64,000 nt of DNA from Scyliorhinus canicula. Taxonomy: Eukaryota. Positions 1 to 11,299 of the stretch are shown here, piece after piece. A program made the translations under genes and the position numbers. Position 1 is the first letter of the stretch, and each line of letters opens with the position of its first letter. The notes below the pieces were generated by a model. It ran no database searches. It was not told where the DNA came from and saw nothing but the letters and a program-made list of their open reading frames with translations. The stretch is taken from positions 245,347,827 through 245,411,826 of the forward strand of contig NC_052146.1 in assembly GCF_902713615.1 (NCBI RefSeq), read 5' to 3'.

Positions 1-2066
1 AGGTCATTTATAAAAATTACAAACAGCAGTGGCCCCAAAACAGATCCTTGCGGTACACCACTAGTAACTGAACTCCAGGATGAACATTTGCCATCAACCA
101 CCACCCTCTGTCTTCTTTCAGCTAGCCAATTACTGATCCAAACCGCTAAATCACCTTCAATTCCATACTTCCTTATTTTCTGCAATAGCCTACCATGGGG
201 AACTTTATCAAACGCCTTACTGAAATCCATATACACCACATCAACAGCTTTACCCTGATCCACCTGTTTGGTCACCTTCTCAAAAAACTCAATAAGGTTT
301 GTGAGACATGACCTACCCTTCACAAAACCGTGTTGAGTATCGCTAATCAACTTGTTCTTTTCAAGATGATTATAAACCCTATCTCTTATAACCTTTTCCA
401 ACATTTTACCCACAACCGAAGTAAGGCTCACAGGTCTATAATTACCAGGGTTGTCTCTACTCCCCTTCTTGAACAAGGGGGCAACATTTGCTATCCTCCA
501 GTCTTCCGGCACTATTCCTGTCGACAAAGACGACATAAAGATCAAGGACAAAGGCTCAGCAATCTCCTCCCTGGCTTCCCAGAGAATCCTAGGATAAATC
601 CCATCTGGCCCAGGGGACTTGTCGATTTTGACATTTTCTAAAATTGCTAACACCTCCTCCTTTTGAACCTCAATTCCATCTAGCCTGGTCGACTGAACCT
701 GAGTGTTCTCCTCGACAACATTGTCTTTCTCCAGTGTAAACACTGACGAAAAATATCCATTTAATGCTTCCCCTATCTCCTCTGATTCCACACACAACTT
801 TCCACTGCTATCCTTGATTGGCCCTAATCTTACTCGAGTCATTCTTTTGTTCCTGATATACCTATAGAAAGCCTTAGGGTTTTCCTTGATCCTATCCGCC
901 AACGACTTTTCGTGTCCTCTCCTCGCTCTTCTTAACTCTCCCTTTAGGTCCTTCCTGGCTAACTTGTAACTCTCAAGCGCCCTAACTGAGCCTTCATGTC
1001 TCATCCTAACATAAGCCTTCTTCTTCCTCTTGACAAGTGCTTCAACTTCCTTAGTAAACCACGGCTCCCTTGCTCGACAACTTCCTCCCTGCCTGACAGG
1101 TACATACTTATCAAGGACACGCAGTAGCTGTTCCTTGAAAAAGCTCCACATTTCGATTGTACCCATCCCCTGCAGTTTCCTTCCCCATCCTATACCTCCT
1201 AAATCTTGCCGAATAGCATCATAATTGCCTTTCCCCCAGCTATAATTCTTGCCTTGCGGTATATACCTATCCCTGCCCATTGCTAAAGTAAACATAACCG
1301 AGTTGTGATCACTATCACCAAAGTGCTCACCTACATCTAAATCTAACACCTGGCCGGGTTCATTACCCAGTACCAAATCCAATGTGGCCTCGCCCCTTGT
1401 TGGCCTGTCTACATACTGTGTCAGAAAACCCTCCTGCACACACTGCACAAAAACTGACCCATCTATAGTACTCGAACTATAGTATTTCCAGTCAATATTT
1501 GGAAAGTTAAAGTCCCCCATAACAACTACCCTGTTACTCTCGCTCCTGTCAAGAATCATCTTTGCAATCCTTTCCTCTACATCTCTGGGACTATTCGGAG
1601 GTCTATAGACAACTCCCAACAGGGTGACCTCTCCTCTACTGTTCCTAACCTCGGCCCATACTGCCTCAGTAGACGAGTCCTCAAGCGTCCTTTCTACCGC
1701 CGTAATACTTTCCTTGATTAACAATGCCACACCCCCCCCTCTTTTACCATCTTCTCTGTTCTTACAGAAACATCTAAATCCTGGAACCTGCAACAACCAT
1801 TCCTGTCCCTGCTCTACCCATGTCTCCGAAATCGCCACAACATCGAGATCCCAGGTACCAACCCATGCTGCAAGCTCACCCACCTTATTCCGGATGCTCC
1901 TGGCGTTGAAGTAGACACACTTCAAACCAGCGTCCTGCTTGCCGGTGCCCTCTTTCGAACTTTTAACCCTATCACTGACCTCACTACTCTCAACATCCTG
2001 TACACTGGGTCTACAATTTAGGTTCCCATCCCCCTGCTGAATTAGTTTAAACCCCCCCGAAGAGCA
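1..2066 (-). CDS. CR1 ORF2p (endonuclease plus N-terminal RT), partial, no upstream AUG
   Basis: Manual translation gives [68 protein letters not shown]. The track lists no stop-terminated minus ORF in 1-2040, consistent with a frame open to the window edge. Confidence 0.88.
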
Positions 2067-2977
2067 CTAGCAAATCTCCCTCCCAGGATATTGGTACCCC
2101 TCTGGTTCAGGTGAAGACCATCCTGTTTGTAGAGGTCCCACCTACCCCAGAATGAGCCCCAATTATCCAGGAAACCAAAACCCTCCCTCCTGCACCATCC
2201 CTGTAGCCACGTGTTCAACTCCTCTCTCTCCTTATTTCTTACTTCGCTAGCACATGGCACGGGTAACAACCCAGAGATAACAACTCTGTTTGTTCTAGCT
2301 CTCAGCTTCCACCCTAGCTCCCTGAATTTCTGTCTCAAATCCCCATCTCTCTTCCTACCTATGTCGTTGGTACCTATGTGGACCACGACTTGGGGCTGCT
2401 CCCCCTCCCCCTTAAGGATCCCAAAAACACGATCAGAGACATCACAAACCCTGGCACCTGGGAGGCAACACACCAACCGTGAGTCTCTTTCGTTCCCACA
2501 GAACCTCCTGTCTGTTCCTCTAACTATGGAGTCCCCAATGACAAGTGCTCTGTTCCTCTTCTCCCTTCCCTTCTGAGCAACAGGGACAGACTCTGTGCCA
2601 GAGACCTGCGCCCTATTGCTTACCCCTGGTAAGTCGTCCCCCGCAACAGTATCCAAAACGGTATACTTGTTATAGAGGGGAACGACCACAGGGGATCCCT
2701 GCACTGCCTGCCGGTTCCCTCTGCCTCCCCTGACGGTAACCCATCTACTTTCTTCTTTTACCTGAGGTGTGACTACCTCCCTATAACTCCTCTCAATAAC
2801 CTCCTCCGCCTCCCGAATGATCCGAAGTTCATCCAGCTCCAGCTCCAGGTCCCTAATGCGGCTCTCGAGGAGCTGGAGTTGGGTGCACTTCCCGCAGATG
2901 TAGTCAGAAGGGACACGAGAGGTGACCCTTTCCTCCCACATTCTGCAGGAGGAACATTCAACTGCCCTAGCCTCCAT
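2042..2977 (-). CDS. CR1 ORF1p (CxxC..CxxC zinc finger, coiled coil, GDSL/SGNH esterase)
   Basis: MEARAVECSSC...CGKC, LESRIRDLELELDEL, VIGDSIVRG, HIGTND, DGLHLN. Likely ATG at 2977; the ORF track extends it upstream to 3145. Confidence 0.92.
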   Translation of the reverse strand: MEARAVECSSCRMWEERVTSRVPSDYICGKCTQLQLLESRIRDLELELDELRIIREAEEVIERSYREVVTPQVKEESRWVTVRGGRGNRQAVQGSPVVVPLYNKYTVLDTVAGDDLPGVSNRAQVSGTESVPVAQKGREKRNRALVIGDSIVRGTDRRFCGNERDSRLVCCLPGARVCDVSDRVFGILKGEGEQPQVVVHIGTNDIGRKRDGDLRQKFRELGWKLRARTNRVVISGLLPVPCASEVRNKEREELNTWLQGWCRREGFGFLDNWGSFWGRWDLYKQDGLHLNQRGTNILGGRFASALRGGLN

Positions 2978-3149
2978 TCCCACTGAACTAACTTCCCAAC
3001 TACTGAAAAATAAAAAATAAAAACTTGTTAGTTTAGCAATCCAATGGACAGAGCTTTTTTTTTTGGTTAGAGGAGGAGGATGGGTGGGAGACACTACGTA
3101 AGTAGTGTTTCGGGTAAAGCTGTCACTCGAGAACAGCCCCTTCACAAAC

Positions 3150-3366
3150 CACCTTCAACTTACGCTGACCGCACTGCACGTATGCAAATCTCCCCGGAAC
3201 AGCCAATCAGAAGCTCTGCTCTGCTGCCCTCTGCTGGATGCTCACCTTCCGTCGAACTCCTCGGGTCACTGATGCAGGTGCACCTTCAACTTACGCTGAC
3301 CGCACTGCACGTATGCAAATCTCCCCGGAACAGCCAATCAGAAGCTCTGCTCTGCTGCCCTCTGCT
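3150..3366 (-). repeat. Two 86-bp direct repeats (131-bp period) in the CR1 5'UTR
   Basis: 3150-3235 and 3281-3366 are identical; each contains ATGCAAAT and CCAAT on the + strand. Confidence 0.9.
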
Positions 3367-4087
3367 TTCTATATAAAGGGCAGACATTGTGTTCCACCAA
3401 AAGTAAAGATGATTATAAAGTCTATGGGTTCATTAATTTTGTTGAATACCAACATTCAAACTCCTAAACCATTCCCAGTGCAGAGGCCCATTCACTCAGA
3501 GCACAGGAATAATTTCAGGTGCTCTCATGAATTTCCCTCCATAACAAACAGAAAATCGTGGGGCTCACTGCCAGGATTCCTGATTTGTATGGCCAGCCAG
3601 AGAGGTTCCATGTCAGTGCAATGCCTTTGGAAAGTTGTCTCGGTGGCACAAGGCACCTCAGAGGCATAAGAACCTTTGAGACATGGGGAGAAAGAAAAAG
3701 AGAGCGAGACATCGAAAAAGAGATCAAAATGGTTGTGGTTTACTACTGTCACTGGACGTCTGCATATTGTTTGTGATACTTTGTTCACCTGCAACAATTG
3801 TTCATGGTGGTTTAGGTATGCATCTACATCCATTATTGTCAGAGTGCTTTAGTGATGAATATCATTTTAGCTTCACAATGGGCGAGAGTGGAAAAGGTAT
3901 TGGTGTCTCGGGCAACATAGGGCTCTCTAGTTGCTCATTCAACTTGTTATTGAACGCTGGATTAGAAGGACTGAAATGTAATGTCATGTTTAGCATTGTT
4001 CCTTTAATGACAGTACTTAAACTTCAGAGTCAGGGGAGGCAGTGGCACAGTGATATTCTCACTCGACTAGTAATCGAGAGACCCAGA

Positions 4088-5608
4088 GATAGATAGATAG
4101 AGATAGATAGAGAAATACAGCACAGAACAGGCCCTTCGGCCCACGATGTTGCGCCGAACTTTTGTCCTAGGTTAATCATAGAATTTTGGACAATTTGTCA
4201 TGGCCAATCCACCCAACCTGCACATCTTTGGACTGTGGGAGGAAACCGGAGTACCCGGAGGAAACCCACGCAGTCACGGGGAGGATGTGCAGACTCCACA
4301 CAGACAGTGACCCAAGTCGAAATCGAACTTGGGACCCTGGAGCTGTGAAGCAATTGTGCTATCCACAATGCTACCGTGCTGCCCTTAAGAAGTTAACCTA
4401 CACTCCCTTATTCTACCCTAATCCAAGTACCTATCCAATAGCCGTTTGAAGGTCCATAAATTTTCCGACTCAACTACTACCACAGGCAGTGCATTCCATG
4501 CCCCCACTACTCTCTGGGTAAAGAACCTACCTCTGACATACCCTCTATATCTTCCACCATTTATCTTAAATTTATGTCCCCTTGTAATGGTGTGTTCCAC
4601 CCGGGGAAAAAGTCTCTGCGTATCTACTCTATCTATTCCCCTGATCATCTTATAAACCTCTATCAAGTCGCCCCTCATCCTTCTCCGTTCCAATGAGAAA
4701 AGGCCCAGCACCCTCAATCTTTCCTCGTATGACCTACTCTCCATTCCAGGCAACATCCTGGTAAATCTCCTCTGCACCTTTTCCAAAGCTTCCACATCCT
4801 TCCTAAAATGAGGTGACCAGAACTGCACACAGTACTCCAAATGTGGCCTGACCAAGGTTTTGTACAGCTGCATCATCACCTCACGGCTCTTAAATTCAAT
4901 CCCTCTGCTAATGAACGCTAGCACACCATAGGCCTTCTTCACAGCTCTATCCACTTGAGTGGCAACTTTCAAAGAACAATGAACATAGACCCCAAGATCT
5001 CTCTGCTCCTCCACATTGCCAAGAACCCTACCATTAACCCTGTATTCCGCATTCAGATTTGTCCTTCCAAAATGGACAACCTCACACTTGTCAGGGTTAA
5101 ACTCCATCTGCCACTTCTCAGCCCAGCTCTGCATTCTATCTATGTCTCTTTGAAGCCGACAACAGCCCTCCTCACTATCCACAACTCCACCAATCTTCGT
5201 ATCATCTGCAAATTTACTGACCCACCCTTCAACTCCCTCATCCAAGTCGTTAATGAAAATCACAAACAGCAGAGGACCCAGAACTGATCCCTGCGGTACA
5301 CCACTGATAACTGGGCTCCAGGCTGAATATTTGCCATCCACCACAACTCTCTGTCTTCTATCGGTTAGCCAGTTTGTTATCCAACTGGCCAAATTTCCCA
5401 CTATCCCATGCCTCCTTACTTTCTGCATAAGCCTACCATGGGGAACCTTATCAAATGCCTTACTAAAATCCATGTACACTACATCCACTGCTTTACCTTC
5501 ATCCACATGCTTGGTCACCTCCTCAAAGAATTCAATAAGACTTGTAAGGCAAGATCTACCCCTCACAAATCCGTGCTGACTATCCCTAATCAAGCAATGC
5601 CTTTCCAG
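4088..5608 (-). mobile_element. 5'-truncated CR1 LINE with an open RT C-terminal frame (4418-5608)
   Basis: [39 protein letters not shown]; 3' tail GGGCCGAAGGGCCTGTTCTGTGCTGT followed by (TCTA)n. Confidence 0.95.
4180..4384 (-). mobile_element. HE1/V-SINE body inside the CR1 3'UTR
   Basis: tRNA-like head GGGCAGCACGGTAGC and V-domain GTGGGTTTCCTCCGGGTACTCCGGTTTCCTCCCACAGTCCAAAGATGTGCAGG. Confidence 0.85.
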
Positions 5609-5731
5609 GGCAATTTCCAGAGTGATTGCCTGGGGACACAGGGTTTGAATTCGGTCATGGTTGAATTTATAAAATCTGGAATTAAAAGTGCAAAGATGAC
5701 CATGAATCAATTGCCGTAAAAACACACCTGG

Positions 5732-5936
5732 GGGCAGCACGGTGACACAGTGGGTAGCATTGCTGTCTCACGGCGCCAAGGTCCCAGGTTCGATCCCGGT
5801 TCTGGGTCACTGTCCCCGTGTTTGCGTGGGTTTCACTCCCACAACCCAATGATGTGCAGGGTAGGTGGATTGGCCACGCTAGAATTGCCCCTTAATTGGA
5901 TATAATGAATTGGGTACACAAAATTATTTTTTAAAA
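5732..5936 (+). mobile_element. Short HE1/V-SINE variant with A/T-rich tail
   Basis: A/B-box head (GGTTCGATCCC), V-domain remnant, imperfect ~10-bp TSD (cacacctgg/cacatctgg). Confidence 0.8.
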
Positions 5937-7329
5937 TAGCACATCTGGCTCACTAATGTCCTTTAGGGAAGGAAATCTGTCGTCCTTACCTGCTCTGGCC
6001 TACATATGACTCCAGATCCACAGCAATGCAGTTGATTCTTAAATGCCCTCAGGGATGGCTGACCCAGCAACCAATGAATGAAGAAAAATGACCAAGTCCA
6101 GCATGAGAATCAGGCAGCTCTTTTTTGACACAGAAAATGTAGATACCCACAACAGATATATTACAGCAGCAGCAGATTGATATCCAACAATGGGAATGGC
6201 TGTGGAATTTATTTCCACAGAGCTAGCTCCAGTGGAACTATAGAGGCTAGTTCTGTTTTTCCCGGGCATCGTGTGCCATTGGCCACTTCCTGTGCCACCC
6301 ACTCAGCATTCTATCAGGAAAAGGGCACAAATGTGCGTGTCCCCATCATGCACAGAAAGACTGTATATCCATGCTATCCTGGCATCACACAGCCCACCTC
6401 TGCAGAATGGCAGGGAAAGGAGCAGAGAACCTCTGCCAATTTGGAGCCAGTCTCGGTCATGCTCCTTGGCAGTGACAGAAGACTAACTGGAAGGTTAGCC
6501 AATCTACCCAGTGTCTCAATGTGTATGCCCATCAGTGCTCTCCTGTCAGCTGCACCCATCACGTTCCACAATTAGGTCCTCTGCAGCAGAACCAGCCTGT
6601 GACCTCGCTCGCCAGTGAGCTGGTAAACAAACCTTCCCTTTGACCTGACATGGCTGCAGCCGACATGTTCCTCGTTGACTCAGCACCTTCTGATCCCAAC
6701 TCTTGTTTACAGATACCGACTGTGCCAATATCTCATCTGGTGGCCCTGAGTGTCAGATAAAGTTATTGGGTTTCTTCTTCCGTGCTGTTTTGTTGCTCTT
6801 TTCCTTCCTCCTTAGGCTGAGCAGACGGAAGTTTTGGGGAGTCTGAAGCAAAAATTTAGAAGAGGGAATAGGGCGAGGGAAGTGAGCTGAAATTAGGAGA
6901 TAGACGTTCCCACCACCTGCAGCTTTTTTCATCAGGCCAGACATCAGGAATGAGAATGAGCTGTGAGTTGAGAAGGGACATAAAACAAGGGTATACTCTC
7001 ATCCTCAATGTTCTCAGTGATGGCGGAAACTGCAGGTTTTGTTACTGCTGGCCTCATCATGTGGAGAACTATCTCCTCTGTCGGGCTCAGCAGACACAAG
7101 CGTCATTGTCCACTGTCAGTTCTGCGCTGCTCCTTTCTATTATCCTATAAGAGAGATGGCAGAACTGTGTTACTTGTCTTAGTTTAATAGCTGTAAGTAT
7201 ATGTAGACAGGGAGCAGTGAGTGTGAGACTGGTAGCATTTTTAAGCGTGTGAGGGTGAGATGGAATATCTTGATGTTTGGAATGATACCCAAGTGCCAGG
7301 GACTGTCAATGGTGAGTGATGGAGGATGA

Positions 7330-7590
7330 TACAATGTGAGATATTGATATTATGGTGGGTGTCATAAGAAGCTGCATCACAACCTTCATTACCCATGTGA
7401 GGCCATTAGAGTTCTTGTGGTCTTGCTGCCAGGTCTTCAGGTCCAGGCACCTGAGGGTGGTCCTTGTGGGCCAACTGGTCTCCCGCGGAATCATGGCATC
7501 ATCTCTCTTTCTGCACACCCGTAATTTTTGTCTTTTCTTCTGTCAACTCATCATTGCAATGATTTGGAGCCTTCCTTCCTTCTGACTGCC
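7330..7590 (-). pseudogene. Possible heavily decayed Harbinger Myb/SANT-like exon
   Basis: RKAP...RKRDDAMIPR...KTWQQDHKNSNGLT resembles the R(T/S)WxQCRKKFNDL helix. Weak match. Confidence 0.3.
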
Positions 7591-7889
7591 TGCAATCAGA
7601 CAGCATCTGGCTTGTGGCAATATCTAGCTAATTGGTCAGATTCCATGGTATTTAATCTACTTCAGAAAAAAGGGCAGTCCGGATAATTACTTTGACCAAA
7701 TGTGTTTGAGCTACTCCACGTGGGCCTCTGACTCAGTGGCCTGTCCGCCGTCTCCACCTTTGGAAGCTTCTCTGTTTATTGTACATCTACTTTTTCTTCA
7801 AACTGCACACAAAGTGATCTCGTATTGCGTCTTCGAGAAATCCTACCAAAGTCATATGTTTTGCACATGGACTCAGTCTTGCCGTAAAT

Positions 7890-8420
7890 TGAAACATGAG
7901 TATGCCATTCAGCCCCTCTGCAATTCAATTATTTTTTGATTGATATGTACATTTAACTACATCAACCAGTCTTGATTCTATAACCCTCAACATCTTTTCC
8001 CGACAAAAACCTGTCAATCATAGTTTAGAAATTTTCAGTTCACCTGGTATCAACACCTTTTGCAGGAGAGAGCACTGCATTTAAACAACCCTGTGCAGGA
8101 AGAAATGTTTCCTGACATAACCTCTGAATGGCCCAGCCCTCTTGCTCTACATTCCCCACCCAAGAAAATTGTTTCTATCATCCTATCATTTCCATTAATC
8201 ATCTGAAACAACACCTTGCAGTCTTCTATATGCAAGGGAATACATTACAATCCAAGTCGACGCAACCTATTCTCATAATTTTATCATTACAGCCCTGGGA
8301 TCATTATGGTGAATCTGCATTCCATCCCCTCCAAGGTTAATGCATCTTTCCTGAGGTGCAATGTCCAGGACCAGACACAGCGGTCTAAATGGAGTTTAAT
8401 AAGAGCTTCAAATAGACTTA
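7890..8420 (-). mobile_element. Old CR1 3' fragment
   Basis: Degenerate match to the CR1 RT C-terminus and 3'UTR (gccattcagcccctc, gaagaaatgtttcctgacat). Confidence 0.6.
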
Positions 8421-8639
8421 TCATCCTGCTGCTTCCTTGATTAAACTTGTTTCATTCCCAATAAAAAGTGGCTGTGGGCAAAGATGTTCTTCGAACGCAT
8501 GGATCAACTCCTCATGTGGTTTGCCTTGAGGCTGGACAAGAGTGATCAGATTCTTCATTTATATGGGTGTTGAAGGTCTGAAGGCTGTAAATAAACTGTT
8601 CTCAATTGCAAATTCTTTTGCATCAAAATGAAGGCTTGG

Positions 8640-9510
8640 CATTGGATTCTCTATTGCAGAGATTAACTGCTGACACCGGGACAGAATTGGTGGACTTCTA
8701 CGACAACAAAATTGGTGCTCAGGGACCAATTCAGGAACCGTTAATGGAACATATTGAACACAACCAATTCCAATGAAAAACGATGTCGGATTTGCCGGGG
8801 TCGTAATTGGCACTCGGGAGGCTGACAAGCTGCAGACGCATGTTAGCACTCCACTCCCTACACACACACTCATCCCAGCCAACAGGGTGGCATGAGTTGC
8901 GTTGGAGCATGCCCATCCCGTTGATAGATTGGCTGGAGCCAGAGGATACCTGGGGGGGTGGCCTGGGGAGGACACCCATACGACCCATGGCACTAAGTTC
9001 ACAGTGGACAGTCAGCGGCATGCGCAGTTGCTTGGCTGCCTGGCAGGCTACGGCAATGCTGTTCCGTGCCATTCCACCCCAATCCCATGACCCACCCATC
9101 CTGGTCGCCCCCTGCTTCTTCGCCCCGGTGCTGCCCGCAGCCCCCCTGCTAGCAGCACAACTGTCAGCACACTATGATGATGTTGGACACTTTCTGTATC
9201 CCCTCCCTCTCCCTGAGCAGCCATGGCACCTGCTTCCCGATCTTTGAAACCACAAGTGAACCTCGCTGTCGATAATTTTTTCCAGCAGAGGCAGAGCATC
9301 GCAGAGGCACCGGAGAAAATTGGGTCAAGGCACCTAATGATAGGCAAACAACATTTACTGTACGTGCAGAGTAGAACACCTTGTCATAGCTGCTGAGGCA
9401 CTGGAACATGGCATTCTGGCAGGCACCCGGCCATGATCTTGGCCTCGTGCCCAATTTTCCACCCACCTGCCTTTCCTAATTTTGGCTTAGACCGACAAAG
9501 AATCCCATCC
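8640..9510. mobile_element. Non-autonomous Harbinger-type element, decayed
   Basis: Ends GGATTCTC...AGAATCCC resemble the other MITE TIRs; GC-rich interior. Confidence 0.5.
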
Positions 9511-9869
9511 GATTCCCAGTCCAACTAGAGTGAGGGCTCCTCAATTAACCATTTGCAAGTACAATACATATCAGAAAGCACACAAAATGAACACTGGGAA
9601 GGGACTTGCTTCCAGACTCTTAATTTCAGCAGTCCTCATTCCAGATCTGCATCTCATTTTTTAATCATTCCCCATCCGGACATTTCTAGAAAACAAACAA
9701 TAGTGTTATGGCCAGGGTTTAGAGAACCCAAAGTGTACCATGGAGTTCACCTGACCCACAACTTTTAATAGATTGTGGTATTGGGAGCACATGGCCCACT
9801 CTACAGGTGTGGTAGAGCAGAAATGGAAAAGTATTTTTTTAAGCAGAACAAAGTTTATTCTATGAACTC

Positions 9870-10865
9870 TGTAGCCATCTAAGATGGACACTGGGCTACA
9901 AAATGGAGAACTGCTAAGGCTGCAGGGAAAAACAGTCTTAGTGAGGACAAGCAGTTTGCAGAAGACTAATTTGCATTCTGCACGTACAGAAACCAGTTTT
10001 TGGCCAGGTGCAGAGTTTCAGCCAAAGGTGCAAATGGGAACAGATCTGCATAGTAATGAGGTGATCCAGATCCAGGCCCCGCACAATAGAAACATTTAAG
10101 TATCAATGGATACTTTTGCGTAGACGCCCAGACAGAATGGTGCCACAGTAACCAACGCAAAGAACCATAGGGACCGCCCCACCCATCGAGGAACGACCCT
10201 CAGATTGGGGGGTTTGGAAGATTTCGATTGGGAAAGGCCCAATCGATACATGGCAGGTAAAAGGACCGCCCCAAGGGGGCACGGACTTCTAGGACCTATA
10301 AGAATAGACCCCGCACATGGTTCGGTCTGTTTTGCTCCGGCTCTGACTGCTTTTGCTCTGGCTCTGCTTTGCTGCTACATCGCATCCTGACTCCAGTTCC
10401 AACACCAGCCGTTGAGCCAGTTCCAACACCAGCCGTTGAGCCATCAGCCATCGAACTGTAAGTGCCAATACAACGATCGCTACATGATCCAGACCTTGCT
10501 AGATCCTGACAACTTTAAGAATCTGAGAGTTGCAGACCAAGAACGAGACGAAGGCCTTGTCCCCTGACCTTGCCTGTTCCTGTCTAGATAAGTATTTTAG
10601 TTGTTTAGTATTAGAACTAAGTTAGTCTCTTTAGCGTATGCATGTGTATTTATTATATTTGTTATAATAAATATCAATCGTTTGGACTTACTAATCGGTG
10701 TACAGGTTTATTACTTTGAACCTGACCTTGATATACTTGTGACGGTGTCTAAATACGGCACCTGGCAACTCCTGAGCATAATTACATACACAGAGCCATA
10801 GTAGTGTTAAGCACACGGCCTTTAAACGGAGGCGTGTTAATCACACTCCAGTAAAACGAGCAACA
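9870..10865 (+). mobile_element. Nested ~1-kb solo LTR
   Basis: TGTAGCC...CAACA ends, 4-bp TSD ACTC (9866-9869/10866-10869), TATA-like CCTATAAG ~10296, AATAAA ~10667. Confidence 0.85.
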
Positions 10866-11299
10866 ACTCAAGTTCACCTTCTTAAAACATAAAGTGAACA
10901 TCTTAGCAACCATTAATTCAAATACAGCCCCCAAAGAATACAACACTAAGTAATCTTTTAAGCTTTCCTTTTAACATCTATAAGACTTAAAACACTTTTT
11001 ACCAGAAGCACATCAGGTTAAAGTTACTACGGTTATTAGTTTTAAATCACCAGGATCGATTTAAAGTCTTTAGATTACAGAGAGAGACACTAATACACCC
11101 TCTGGCTGTGACTGCAGCTATCGAGCTCTGAAAACGAAACTAAAACACATCCTGCAGCAAACAGCCCAAAACAAAAGTAAAAAGCTGACAGATAGCCCAG
11201 CTCCACCTACTCTCTGACATCACTGGAGTAGTAAACATCGATTTCTTAAAGGATCTCTCACTACAGAAATTTATATACACATCCATTTATAAACACCAT

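Larger units (their letters stand above)
1..3366 (-). mobile_element. CR1 LINE, 5' half of a young full-length copy (runs off the left edge)
   Basis: 5'UTR, then ORF1 (Zn-finger/coiled-coil/SGNH esterase), then ORF2 (APE endonuclease, RT). Positions 1-118 are almost identical to the CR1 at 24908-25024. Confidence 0.95.
4032..6090 (+). mobile_element. tRNA-derived SINE split by a CR1 and a V-SINE insertion
   Basis: The head at 4032-4087 and the body at 5606-5730/5937-6090 match the intact copies at 33943 and 47762. Confidence 0.7.

Noticed and set aside
330-2733. Plus-strand ORFs over the CR1
   Set aside because: Antisense shadows of ORF1 and ORF2.
5609-5740. N-terminal part of the 440-aa ORF as a novel RT fusion
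   Set aside because: Chance read-through from antisense SINE sequence into a 5'-truncated CR1.
5732-5810. tRNA genes at A/B-box motifs
   Set aside because: All are SINE heads that continue into SINE bodies.
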